From an uncultured Eubacteriales bacterium (GTDB lineage Bacteria > Bacillota > Clostridia > Oscillospirales > CAG-272): DNA of 64,000 nt. The DNA is taken from assembly GCA_905201895.1 (NCBI GenBank), contig CAJKPX010000007.1, positions 3,240-67,239 on the forward strand. Direction: 5' to 3'. A model generated the notes under the pieces. The model made no database searches. It saw nothing but the letters and a program-made list of their open reading frames with translations, and was not told the origin of the DNA. This document shows, piece by piece, positions 42,936-50,631 of the stretch; the first letter of the stretch is position 1, and each line of letters starts with the position of its first letter. The translations under genes were made by a program, and so were the position numbers.

Positions 42936-43261
42936 TACTCCGCTCCTTTCATTTTTGCTCCGCAGTTGGGGCAGAATTTGTATCCGTATGGTCGAACGTC
43001 TTTGTAAAAGTAACCGCATCCTTTCACCTTACAAATATGCGAATAAAAATTAAACGTATCTGCGCCGGCATTGCAGAGCGTCGTTTCCCACTCTCCCTCG
43101 ACTTGCTTGCGGTAGCCATCGTCAAACAACTCTCTTGCCATGCCCTCGGAATTTACACCAATAAAACCTCCGTTGATAATATCCACCACACTGTTGTGCA
43201 TTATGGCTTCGCCTATGTCTTTATCCATCTCCTCGATGGCTTGCTTTTCATTCTCTTTCAT
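42935..43261 (-). CDS. Small protein with C-terminal zinc ribbon, ending in MKGAE
   Basis: 108-aa ORF containing CKVKGCGYF...FCPNCG. Confidence 0.45.
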   Translation of the reverse strand: MKENEKQAIEEMDKDIGEAIMHNSVVDIINGGFIGVNSEGMARELFDDGYRKQVEGEWETTLCNAGADTFNFYSHICKVKGCGYFYKDVRPYGYKFCPNCGAKMKGAE

Positions 43262-43273
43262 CGTTTGCTCCTT

Positions 43274-43573
43274 TCATTTCCACTCTTTCATAGAGTCCAT
43301 AATCGCCTGGTAATTCTCTCGCACCTCTCTTGGAGTCATTTTTCTGACTTCTTCGGGAGAGAAATGCTTCTTGCTTTCCCCGTTCACCAGCACAACCATC
43401 ACGTTGTCACAAGCAATGACGCGCTTTACGTGCATTCGGTTGATCGGATCGTCACGCTTGATCCCTCTGACTGTGCCTTCGTATAGGCGCATTCTGTTTA
43501 TGCGCCGGTTTTCATCTTCAATGATGATCTCTTCGTCCCTATCCATCGCGTGGATAAGCTGTGATACTCTCAT
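43274..43573 (-). CDS. Hypothetical small protein
   Basis: 99-aa ORF overlapping the upstream gene stop. Confidence 0.45.
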   Translation of the reverse strand: MRVSQLIHAMDRDEEIIIEDENRRINRMRLYEGTVRGIKRDDPINRMHVKRVIACDNVMVVLVNGESKKHFSPEEVRKMTPREVRENYQAIMDSMKEWK

Positions 43574-44121
43574 AACTTGCTCCTTTCCTTATCCCTCTTG
43601 GCTTCAATCAGCGGCAAAAAGTATTTCTTTTCGGCATCCTCGCGGGCTTGAATCGCCTCGCGAATATCGTGATAGCTGCCGAGGTATATGCATTTCTTTT
43701 GAACGTAGATAATAGCCTTCCAAACGCCTTTGTGCTTCTCCCAATACACGCCTTTGTGACCGCTTTTATTATTTTTTTGCGGATTTTGTCTTTCGATGAT
43801 TTGAAAGTTTGTGCGAAACGCAGCGTTGGTCTCGATCCGCTCTTTTGAGTTTTCGACAATGATGTCCAGCGCACGCTCGCGCCGAAGGCATCCGCAGCTT
43901 TTCGACCTGCCGCATCTGATGGAACCGGCTTTGACGTTCCGCACGGTGCCGCAATCGCAACGGCACTCGTAGTAGAGAAACCGCCCCTTGCGAAACTCGC
44001 CCAGGATCGTCCACCTTCCTGCCTTTTGACCGATCATTGTTTCCATTTCCGATTCTTCAATGCCAGAAGGGAGTCCCTTTTCGGATAGCAAACCTTCGGG
44101 CAGTTTCCTTTCTTCCTGCAT
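43570..44121 (-). CDS. AP2-domain DNA-binding protein with N-terminal Cys cluster
   Basis: SGHKGVYWEKHKGVWKAIIYVQKKCIYLGSYHDIREAIQAREDAEKKYF is a typical AP2/ERF-type (HNH-associated) domain. It is preceded by CRCDCGT...CGRSKSCGC. Confidence 0.65.
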   Translation of the reverse strand: MQEERKLPEGLLSEKGLPSGIEESEMETMIGQKAGRWTILGEFRKGRFLYYECRCDCGTVRNVKAGSIRCGRSKSCGCLRRERALDIIVENSKERIETNAAFRTNFQIIERQNPQKNNKSGHKGVYWEKHKGVWKAIIYVQKKCIYLGSYHDIREAIQAREDAEKKYFLPLIEAKRDKERSKL

Positions 44122-44158
44122 TTTGCGCAGGGATTTTGTGGTTGGCTCATGCTTCCTC

Positions 44159-45174
44159 CTAAAACTTCATTTTCAACTGCAAGGGCGTGTCTGCAAGGTA
44201 GCCCCACTTCCATGGATCTTCTGGCGAGATCAAACCTTCATCCTCCATGGCAAACCGCGCGTCAAAGTCGTGTACGGTTCTTCCGTCCGGCTTGAACGAT
44301 ACGGGGCTATCCAAATCCCACTTGAGAAGCAACGCCCACAGATCGGGGTAATTCTTTCGCAGCAGACGCAACTGACCAACGCTTTGATTATGACAAAACC
44401 AGCAGCCGTCTCGCGTTGCCGTGGTGTAAACGGGAGATAGCAGGTTTTGATAGCCCGAAATCAGACCACACAAATCCTCATCCCATCCGATCTCCACCAA
44501 AGGAAGGACAATGTTCGGCCTGCCGATATGCTTTGCAATGCGCTTCGTCTCGTCCGCCGCAATGCCGAGATACTGAATGATATTTATTTTGCGCCCCTCA
44601 TTCTTGGGGCTTTCGGAAAAGATGTTTTGCATCTTCAACCTGCTTTGACACCAATTGCCCGCTCGAAATGGGAATCCGTACATCGTCCCATTCCTTTTTC
44701 CGCTCGAAAATAGACTGTAGAATATATCTTCGTATGTCAACTTTCTCGAATTTGAGCTTCTTGCACCAAGATCCTTTAACGCATGGGAATCCTTTGAGGT
44801 TTCCGACCCACCTACCTCCCGAAACCGTTCGGTAGAACATGGATTCGTAGCATTCACGCCGCACTTTGTGCTCTCTCTCTCTCTACTTGAACATTTTGTG
44901 AAGTCTTCTGCGTGGCGCAGATATGCTCAACCTCGATGCCGTAAAGCTCCTTGATGGTCTGATCGGCTTCTTTCTTCCACTCCCACATCGGTGGCAGATC
45001 GGCAGGAATATCCTGCGTTGCCCAGACATCCGATGTCACTATGCGGTGCAAAGGCAAGCCAAGCAGCTTGATCGCTCGGAGCATTGCAAGGCTATCCTTG
45101 CCGTGCGAAATGCAAGCCACACAAATCGTGTTTGGATCGTAAAGAGTGTCATAAATCTCTTGTACCCAAGCCAT
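44159..45174 (-). pseudogene. PAPS-reductase-family (PP-loop ATPase) gene disrupted by a frameshift
   Basis: The N-terminal 106-aa frame carries the PP-loop-like ACISHGKDS and stops just after a (AG)7 run. The C-terminal 232-aa frame (YGFPFRAGNWC...DGCWFC) continues in another frame. A third frame carries a second GFPxxxGxWC copy. Confidence 0.6.
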
Positions 45175-45217
45175 TCCATTTCTCCTTTTTTGTTATTGCA
45201 GTTCTCGCAGGTTGAGG

Positions 45218-45880
45218 TCATTTTTCCACATTTGATTCCGATAGAGGTTTTCCGCTCTCCACGATGACCAGCTTGAAATCTCCCGATTGATAGATCACCT
45301 TCCCGATGTTATCCTTGAAGGTCGCGTTTTCGGAAAGAATCAAAGAAGATTGCTTTTTCCAATCAGAATAAAGAGAATTGAAAATAATCGCAGAGCCCCA
45401 AGCCTTCACGGATGCAGAGTCCCAAGCCTTCACGGATGCAGAGCCCCAAGCCTTCACGGATGCAGAGTCCCAAGCCTCCACGGATGCAGAGCCCCAAGCC
45501 TCCACGGATGCAGAGCCACTTATTTCAACGTCCTTGCAATCCTTGATGTAGTATTTCGTGCCGGTTTTCAGTCTCAATCCGTTTACGCCAACAAAGATAT
45601 GAGACTTTGCCCATTCCTTCACCGCCTCAACTGCCATCGGCTTGTATTCCTCGTCGGAATACCATTCCGGACGAATATCCTGATCGACACATAGATTCCA
45701 CGTGTCAATATCAGAGAAAGGGTCTCCGTACTCCGGAGAAAGCTCAAGCCGAACAAACTTTTTTGAAGCACCGAGATAATCATCCTCGATCCCCAGCTCC
45801 TTCAACATATCCGAGTGGCTATCTGCATCAGCCATATAAATACGCCCCTTCAGAGCGATCATAGATTTCAATTTACACAT
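45218..45880 (-). CDS. Hypothetical protein with SASV(E/K)AW(G/D) octapeptide tandem repeats
   Basis: 220-aa ORF, RBS GGAGGATTTGAAAA. Five-plus tandem 8-aa repeats lie in its centre. Confidence 0.55.
   Translation of the reverse strand: MCKLKSMIALKGRIYMADADSHSDMLKELGIEDDYLGASKKFVRLELSPEYGDPFSDIDTWNLCVDQDIRPEWYSDEEYKPMAVEAVKEWAKSHIFVGVNGLRLKTGTKYYIKDCKDVEISGSASVEAWGSASVEAWDSASVKAWGSASVKAWDSASVKAWGSAIIFNSLYSDWKKQSSLILSENATFKDNIGKVIYQSGDFKLVIVESGKPLSESNVEK
45390..45518. repeat. 24-nt tandem repeat x ~5.4 (coding)
   Basis: GCAGAG(C/T)CCCAAGCCT(T/C)CACGGAT repeated head-to-tail. Encodes the SASVxAWx repeats on the minus strand. Confidence 0.9.
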
Positions 45881-45897
45881 TTTTCAAATCCTCCATA

Positions 45898-46623
45898 TCA
45901 ATAATCAATATTGCGCACCCATGCATCTGCTGCCGATCTCCAATCCGGCAAGCAATCCCAACCGCGATTATCATTGTATCGCGCCCACTTGAATGCCTCT
46001 TTGCCTGCGCGATCCTCTCCGATTTTATCGGAGAAGTATTCTACAATATCGAGATCGGATGGCTTCACATGAGCGCCATCTGTTGTTGTAGTAAAAGACT
46101 CTTTTTTACTTTTATTTACTTTACTTTTACTTTGTGTACCAAATTCCGTATTAACCTCGGTTTCTTCCTTATTAACCTCGGTTTCTTCTGAATTAACCTT
46201 ATTTTTAGCAATAACAAGGTCGACGTCCACCAAACAATGCACGTCCATGTCTATCTTCCGTTTTGCCTTGTATGCGCTCAACACATACTGCTCTTGGAGT
46301 GCTACGCCGGAAATAATACCTCGTTCGAACAATCCTTCTGCGAGGATTCCTCGTCCTACTAAATAGTTTATTGTCTCGGCTACGCCGGTCGCGGTGGCAC
46401 GTAATTGTGCGCAAGCTATCTCCTCGGCAATGTCCATAGAAAGCTCCTCCAAGTCATCGAATTGGTAGTAATAGCCGTTCTTATAGACTCTGCACAACAG
46501 GTTCAGATATGTCAGTACGCCAATCGTGCCGTGCGCCCTCCGTAAGTTTTTGATTTTTTTATTCGTGAAGAAATCGGTGTCAAGTGGGAAGTAATCGAGT
46601 CCTGCCTTGAGCGGTCTCGGCAT
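45898..46623 (-). CDS. Replisome organiser-like protein (DUF4373 / Lin1244-type N-terminal domain)
   Basis: Start at MPRPLKAGLDYFPLDTDFF (typical DUF4373 opening), preceded by AAGGAGGTT. Low-complexity EETEVN linker. The open frame extends to 46776. Confidence 0.6.
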   Translation of the reverse strand: MPRPLKAGLDYFPLDTDFFTNKKIKNLRRAHGTIGVLTYLNLLCRVYKNGYYYQFDDLEELSMDIAEEIACAQLRATATGVAETINYLVGRGILAEGLFERGIISGVALQEQYVLSAYKAKRKIDMDVHCLVDVDLVIAKNKVNSEETEVNKEETEVNTEFGTQSKSKVNKSKKESFTTTTDGAHVKPSDLDIVEYFSDKIGEDRAGKEAFKWARYNDNRGWDCLPDWRSAADAWVRNIDY

Positions 46624-46625
46624 TA

Positions 46626-47039
46626 CTAAACCTCCTTGATGATGATGTTGTGAATATGAAGCATGAGCTTCTTTTTGATTCGATATGCTTCCGTACGTGT
46701 GGCAGGGGATTTGGTGTCCTCCACGATCGTTCTGCCGTATTTGTCGGTGTACACGAAGTCGGCATAGTATGCGCACTCCTTTTCAAGGAGTTTTCCCTTT
46801 GTGATGCCGCCGCGAACGCCTCTGATATCGGGCTCTCGTTGGGTTGGAATCAAGACGAATTTAACTTGCCTTTGCAGGTCGGAGATTTGCCCTGCCTTTT
46901 GGAGCAGGGCAAGCTCCGCATATCTCTGCGCTTCGTGCATGGAGTCAAACGTGATGCCGTCTACAGTGGTCTTTCGTGCGTGATATTTTCCATCACGATT
47001 CCCAAAGGAAATACATGGAATAGTGTGTCTTCTCGCCAT
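46626..47039 (-). CDS. DUF1064-family protein
   Basis: KTTVDGITFDSMHEAQRYAELALLQKAGQISDLQRQVKF is the DUF1064 signature. The start is uncertain. Confidence 0.6.
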   Translation of the reverse strand: MARRHTIPCISFGNRDGKYHARKTTVDGITFDSMHEAQRYAELALLQKAGQISDLQRQVKFVLIPTQREPDIRGVRGGITKGKLLEKECAYYADFVYTDKYGRTIVEDTKSPATRTEAYRIKKKLMLHIHNIIIKEV

Positions 47040-47205
47040 ATCTGTTGACTCCCTCCACAAGCTCTCCGTGGATGTCATATCCCATTCTGCGGAGATCCGC
47101 GATGCGGCTTGCGAGCCGCATGATTCCGTATTCGGACATTGCGATCACCGGTGTGATGCCGCCCTGCTCCCTGAGATGCCGAAGCACCTTCTGATTCTGT
47201 GTCAT
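46993..47205 (-). CDS. Small winged-helix DNA-binding protein
   Basis: 70-aa ORF. QKVLRHLREQGGITPVIAMSEYGIMRLASRIADLRRMGY is a wHTH-like pattern common in phage replication modules. Confidence 0.5.
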   Translation of the reverse strand: MTQNQKVLRHLREQGGITPVIAMSEYGIMRLASRIADLRRMGYDIHGELVEGVNRYGEKTHYSMYFLWES

Positions 47206-47214
47206 GCCGTCCTC

Positions 47215-47340
47215 CTATTCCTTGTAATACACAAATATGGTGTTCGTGGTCTTTCCGTCTTTCCGTTCCTTGCCGATACGGACCGTGTACCCAAATTTGA
47301 AGAGGAGGGATGCGAGAGCTAAACGGTCCGTATCATTCAC
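47215..47340 (-). CDS. Possible 41-aa mini-protein (GTG start)
   Basis: Not in the ORF track. (M)NDTDRLALASLLFKFGYTVRIGKERKDGKTTNTIFVYYKE fills the gap between the SSB-like and wHTH genes. AGAGGGA lies upstream. Confidence 0.3.
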   Translation of the reverse strand: MNDTDRLALASLLFKFGYTVRIGKERKDGKTTNTIFVYYKE

Positions 47341-47378
47341 CTTGGCATCCCTCTGCGCCGTAATCTTGCGCTATTCCA

Positions 47379-48029
47379 TCAGAAGGGCAGACCATCATCG
47401 GTGGGAAGCGGTACAAAGTTTGCAGGCTGTTGCGGATAAATAGACGGTGCCGGTGTTTGATGCATAGGCGCGGTATAGGGGAGAATGGTCGCGGCGTGCT
47501 GATCTCTGTTCAGCATCTTGGGCTTCGGAATCGTAAATTCTCCCGACGCAACCTTATGGCTGCTAATCATAACAAACGGCTTGACCGCCATTCCTTGACG
47601 TCCTTCGTAGTCGTATTCTTCTTCTCGGAAAATGATACCAACCAGCTTGCCTGCAAGAGTTCTTTCGTCAAAATTGAAATGATAGCCAGGATTGCTTTCC
47701 TCGATCGCAGTAATCGCGCCTTTGAAAAAACTCTTGATTCGCTCGTCTTTATCCGTTCCGTCATCGGCAGGAATCATCTGACGGATCACGCCCTTCCATT
47801 TCTTGTCGCTGTAAGTACTTTCTCTGTATTGATTTTCAAAGAATTCAGCATAATCTCCTTCGTAAATATCAAATGCAATAGAAAGCATTTCATATGTGGT
47901 TTGGTCTTGTCTCTGCTTCTGCTCAACCTTTGCTTGCTTAATTTTGCAGACGTAGCCTCCAGCAGGAAGGCTTTCTCCGCTTCCTACGGTTGCGGGCTTC
48001 ACGTTGTTCCAGTTGTTAATAGGTCTCAT
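47379..48029 (-). CDS. Phage single-strand DNA-binding protein-like (DUF669-type) with SSB-style acidic tip
   Basis: 216-aa ORF. The C-terminus is P/Q-rich and ends in DDGLPF, resembling the SSB C-terminal interaction tip. Lies next to the Sak4-like ATPase. Confidence 0.5.
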   Translation of the reverse strand: MRPINNWNNVKPATVGSGESLPAGGYVCKIKQAKVEQKQRQDQTTYEMLSIAFDIYEGDYAEFFENQYRESTYSDKKWKGVIRQMIPADDGTDKDERIKSFFKGAITAIEESNPGYHFNFDERTLAGKLVGIIFREEEYDYEGRQGMAVKPFVMISSHKVASGEFTIPKPKMLNRDQHAATILPYTAPMHQTPAPSIYPQQPANFVPLPTDDGLPF

Positions 48030-48041
48030 TTTGTTTTCTCC

Positions 48042-48671
48042 TTAAATTTCATAATATTCTCGGATCGTTTGATCCACATATTTCAAATCGTTTTCGATCT
48101 CCAAAGGGAACATTTCCATTGGAGACTTGCAGGTTGTGTATCCATCGCTTTGGGTGATGAATTTGTGTGATTTTCCATCAGTGATTGTCATAAGGACAAT
48201 CGAAAATAGCCCTTCAAGCGTTAGCTGATTGTCAAGCATCTTTCCGGCTGTTTTTGCCTTGGCTCTTCCATTATCGTCAATGTCCACGTGGTGAAGAAAA
48301 TAAACGATAATATTGGGCGGCAAAACGTTTATCACATATTGAACAAGGTTATAAAAATTCAAAGCGCAATCCGTAAACTTCTGATAGCCCGATTCCTTGG
48401 CTTTTTTGAACATTTCAAAGCACATAAGGTATTGACTGTCATCAATCACAAAAGCGCGCCTCGTGGCATTTTTCGGCTCTTGCAGCCGTTGCGGATTCAA
48501 GGTTGCATAAATGGTTTCATAGCCTGCATGATCGATCACAGGCAGTTTTTTGCGAAACGGCAACGGCTTGGATGCAACGTTTAATACCCCGATCTCATTC
48601 GGTTCAAAATTGCGAAGGCTGGCAGATTTTCCACTTCCGGAAGCTCCTAAAATCATAACCGGAATTCCCAT
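48042..48671 (-). CDS. Sak4-like RecA-fold AAA ATPase (recombination module)
   Basis: Walker A (ILGASGSGKS) at the N-terminus and Walker B-like (FVIDD). ~209 aa. Flanked by Gp157-like and SSB-like genes. Confidence 0.6.
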   Translation of the reverse strand: MGIPVMILGASGSGKSASLRNFEPNEIGVLNVASKPLPFRKKLPVIDHAGYETIYATLNPQRLQEPKNATRRAFVIDDSQYLMCFEMFKKAKESGYQKFTDCALNFYNLVQYVINVLPPNIIVYFLHHVDIDDNGRAKAKTAGKMLDNQLTLEGLFSIVLMTITDGKSHKFITQSDGYTTCKSPMEMFPLEIENDLKYVDQTIREYYEI

Positions 48672-48681
48672 ATACTCCACC

Positions 48682-49209
48682 TCACTTCAATTGCAGATTC
48701 ATGTTCTCCGCGAGGCGGCAGCCCTCGATGCTCTGCCCGCTCTGAAGAATCTTCTTGATGACCACCTTGTTGGGGTCGGGTTGCTTGTAGGTGAGCAGAT
48801 CGGGGTTGTATTCCTGCGCCCACTCCACAAAGGTGTCCTCGTCCGCGATCTCCACCTTTGTCGATTTTCGGAAGGAGAGCTTGTTTCGCGCGGTCTCCAC
48901 TTTGGCGATCCCTGCCGCCTTCATCGAGGTCTCGATGTAAGCCTTGAGACGTTCTGCCTCGGCTTCCTTGCGCTTCTGCCGCTCCTTGAGTCGGTCTGCC
49001 TCTGCCTTGAGTGCCGCCGCCTCGTACATGATTTCCTTGTAGATGCAAGCGATGGAGTCGACCTTCTCGTTCACCTCTCCCTCAAGGGCTTCCACGGTGT
49101 CCCAGAAGGCTTCTTCAGGCATATCCCCCGCCTCGATCATGTCGGCGTAGATGTCAATCTGCTCCGAAAAAAGTCGGTACTGTGCGGTGAGTTCAAACAA
49201 AGTGCTCAT
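48682..49209 (-). CDS. Siphovirus Gp157-like protein
   Basis: Start at MSTLFELTAQY. Coiled-coil centre (ALKAEADRLKERQKRKEAEAERLKAYI). Pattern and position are typical of the Gp157 family. The open frame extends to 49284. Confidence 0.5.
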   Translation of the reverse strand: MSTLFELTAQYRLFSEQIDIYADMIEAGDMPEEAFWDTVEALEGEVNEKVDSIACIYKEIMYEAAALKAEADRLKERQKRKEAEAERLKAYIETSMKAAGIAKVETARNKLSFRKSTKVEIADEDTFVEWAQEYNPDLLTYKQPDPNKVVIKKILQSGQSIEGCRLAENMNLQLK

Positions 49210-49373
49210 GCCTCCGCACCTCCTTCCGCCGCCTCGGCAAAGAAGCAATCGAGGTGGACCGTTTGGTAGCCGTCCATGTAGCACGATTCCTCGCGCTCAA
49301 CGCGCTCACCGCAGATGCGGCAGTTCTTGCGCACTCTCCTCGCCATGTCCATGATGGTCTGTGTTTCCTGCAT
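49206..49373 (-). CDS. 55-aa zinc-ribbon-like mini-protein
   Basis: Not in the ORF track. MQETQTIMDMARRVRKNCRICGERV...HLDCFF, RBS AAAAGGAGAAAGA. Stop overlaps the next ATG (ATGA). Confidence 0.45.
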   Translation of the reverse strand: MQETQTIMDMARRVRKNCRICGERVEREESCYMDGYQTVHLDCFFAEAAEGGAEA

Positions 49374-49391
49374 TTTCTTTCTCCTTTTATA

Positions 49392-49862
49392 TTAATTTTT
49401 TGGTAAACTATAATCACTTGCCCACATCCAAGCATATCCTGCGGATGTCTTTGTCTTGCCGTTGCAACAATCGCGGATGCTATCCGCTTTCTTGAGCCCC
49501 ATTGCGATTGCCGCCTCCAACGCGCTTGGATAGGTGTTAAAATAGCGGAAGCCTTCTTTTCCAAGCTGAACAACCGCTTTTGAATTCGCGTTCGGCTTGT
49601 GTCCCTCGACCTCGCGGCGATGGCATGGGTAGGAGCAACATTCACCCCATGCGTATTCACGCCCTGCATAGCGGATGTAGTTCTTGCCGCATATTAAGCA
49701 CTTTTTATCAAAAATTCCTATAGGAAAATGTTTAATATGGGTTGACAAACCCTCGTCCGTGGTGTATAATACGGATGAAAGGGTGTTTCCTGCCCCTTTC
49801 TCCTTGCCCTCAACCGTGTCATTGGTCTGCTCGGTTGAGGGTCTTTTTTCGTTACTTCCCAT
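49392..49862 (-). CDS. NUMOD1/IENR1-like DNA-binding protein with Cys cluster
   Basis: The C-terminus (VVQLGKEGFRYFNTYPSALEAAIAMGLKKADSIRDCCNGKTKTSAGYAWMW) is the classic NUMOD1-type module. Start at MGSNEK, preceded by GGGGAGGGACGAAT. Confidence 0.5.
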   Translation of the reverse strand: MGSNEKRPSTEQTNDTVEGKEKGAGNTLSSVLYTTDEGLSTHIKHFPIGIFDKKCLICGKNYIRYAGREYAWGECCSYPCHRREVEGHKPNANSKAVVQLGKEGFRYFNTYPSALEAAIAMGLKKADSIRDCCNGKTKTSAGYAWMWASDYSLPKN

Positions 49863-49986
49863 ATTCGTCCCTCCCCTGACCGGAGAAATCCGCGATGCCC
49901 GCCTCGACATCCTCGCGCCGCCAATCGCAATCCGCTCCGATGAGCATTGCGATGAGGTTAAATAAGAAATTCAACACCTTTTTCAT
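49852..49986 (-). CDS. 44-aa hydrophobic peptide with GAxCD...DFSGQG motif (paralog of 38086-38202)
   Basis: MKKVLNFLFNLIAMLIGADCDWRREDVEAGIADFSGQGRDEYGK preceded by AAGGAGGATA. Confidence 0.55.
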   Translation of the reverse strand: MKKVLNFLFNLIAMLIGADCDWRREDVEAGIADFSGQGRDEYGK

Positions 49987-49996
49987 AGTATCCTCC

Positions 49997-50212
49997 TTAA
50001 CACATCCAGCGCGCGAGCAGGTGGAGGGGAAGCACAAGGCTTCCGCCCATCTTCACCGCAGGCAACGGATTTTTTTTAGAATTGATTGCATCGCGGATAG
50101 CGCACTCGGATCTTCCAAATAATTTTGCTGCCTCTTTCACGGATATTCCAACTCTGTCTGGGAAATACTCTCTCAAGAGCGCAAGGGCATCACGATATCC
50201 TGCCTTCTCCAT
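49997..50212 (-). CDS. Small HTH DNA-binding protein (excisionase/MerR-like)
   Basis: 71 aa from MEKAGY. ISVKEAAKLFGRSECAIRDAI is an HTH. Second gene of the early operon. Confidence 0.45.
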   Translation of the reverse strand: MEKAGYRDALALLREYFPDRVGISVKEAAKLFGRSECAIRDAINSKKNPLPAVKMGGSLVLPLHLLARWMC

Positions 50213-50219
50213 AGTCACC

Positions 50220-50447
50220 TCATGCTCTAAAGAGCTTCGCGTTAACGAGCTGATCTGCGGTAACACCCATGTAGGATGCGAGAGCAAAGAGCTTGTCGAT
50301 GGGCGGGAGCTTGTCTCCGTTCACAACGTGCGCAAGCATGGTGGTCGAGATTCCGGTCGCATCTGCGAGGTCCTTCTGGGTGATTCGCTTGTTCACCAGA
50401 AAGCACTTCACATTCTTGCGGAAGTTTTCTCTCTGTTTCTCTGTCAT
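50220..50447 (-). CDS. Cro-like XRE-family HTH regulator
   Basis: 75-aa ORF. ITQKDLADATGISTTMLAHVVNG is an XRE HTH. Divergent from the CI-like gene. RBS AAGGAGGTA. Confidence 0.75.
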   Translation of the reverse strand: MTEKQRENFRKNVKCFLVNKRITQKDLADATGISTTMLAHVVNGDKLPPIDKLFALASYMGVTADQLVNAKLFRA

Positions 50448-50457
50448 GTTTACCTCC

Positions 50458-50486
50458 TTGACAAATTTGATTTTTTGTGGTAGAAT
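50458..50486 (+). promoter_or_regulatory. Rightward promoter (toward CI-like gene)
   Basis: TTGACA (50458-50463), 17 nt, TAGAAT (50481-50486). Confidence 0.6.
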
Positions 50487-50512
50487 GGTCTTGTGATTGA
50501 CCTTGTGACATC

Positions 50513-50541
50513 ATTATACAACACATTTGCCACTTTGTCAA
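50513..50541 (-). promoter_or_regulatory. Leftward promoter (toward cro-like gene), consensus
   Basis: On the minus strand: TTGACA (50541-50536), 17 nt, TATAAT (50518-50513). Confidence 0.65.
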
Positions 50542-50631
50542 CAACAGTTTTGCCACATTCGCCACTTTTGTATGGTTGCACAATAATTGGTTGTGGCATT
50601 TGTGTTATTTGTGCAAGGAGAACAATAAAAA

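Noticed and set aside
45390-45518. Possible CRISPR array suggested by regular short repeats. The same question arose at 63338-63445.
   Set aside because: The repeats are directly tandem with no spacers (24-nt and 18-nt units). They are in frame inside long ORFs and encode peptide repeats, and no cas genes are nearby.
45898-49284. N-terminal extensions of several early-operon ORFs in the track (45898-46776, 48682-49284, 49392-49910, 49997-50287, 41237-41902, 40762-41376).
   Set aside because: - In each case an internal ATG has a strong GGAGG-type RBS and abuts or overlaps the upstream stop.
- The extension is R/C/H-rich and overlaps the preceding gene.
- I used the shorter coordinates.
49193-49669. 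158-aa minus-strand ORF overlapping the NUMOD1-like gene and the 55-aa zinc-ribbon gene.
   Set aside because: - It is in a different frame from two ORFs that have RBSs and recognisable motifs.
- Its product is R/S/T-rich low-complexity sequence. It is likely a shadow frame.
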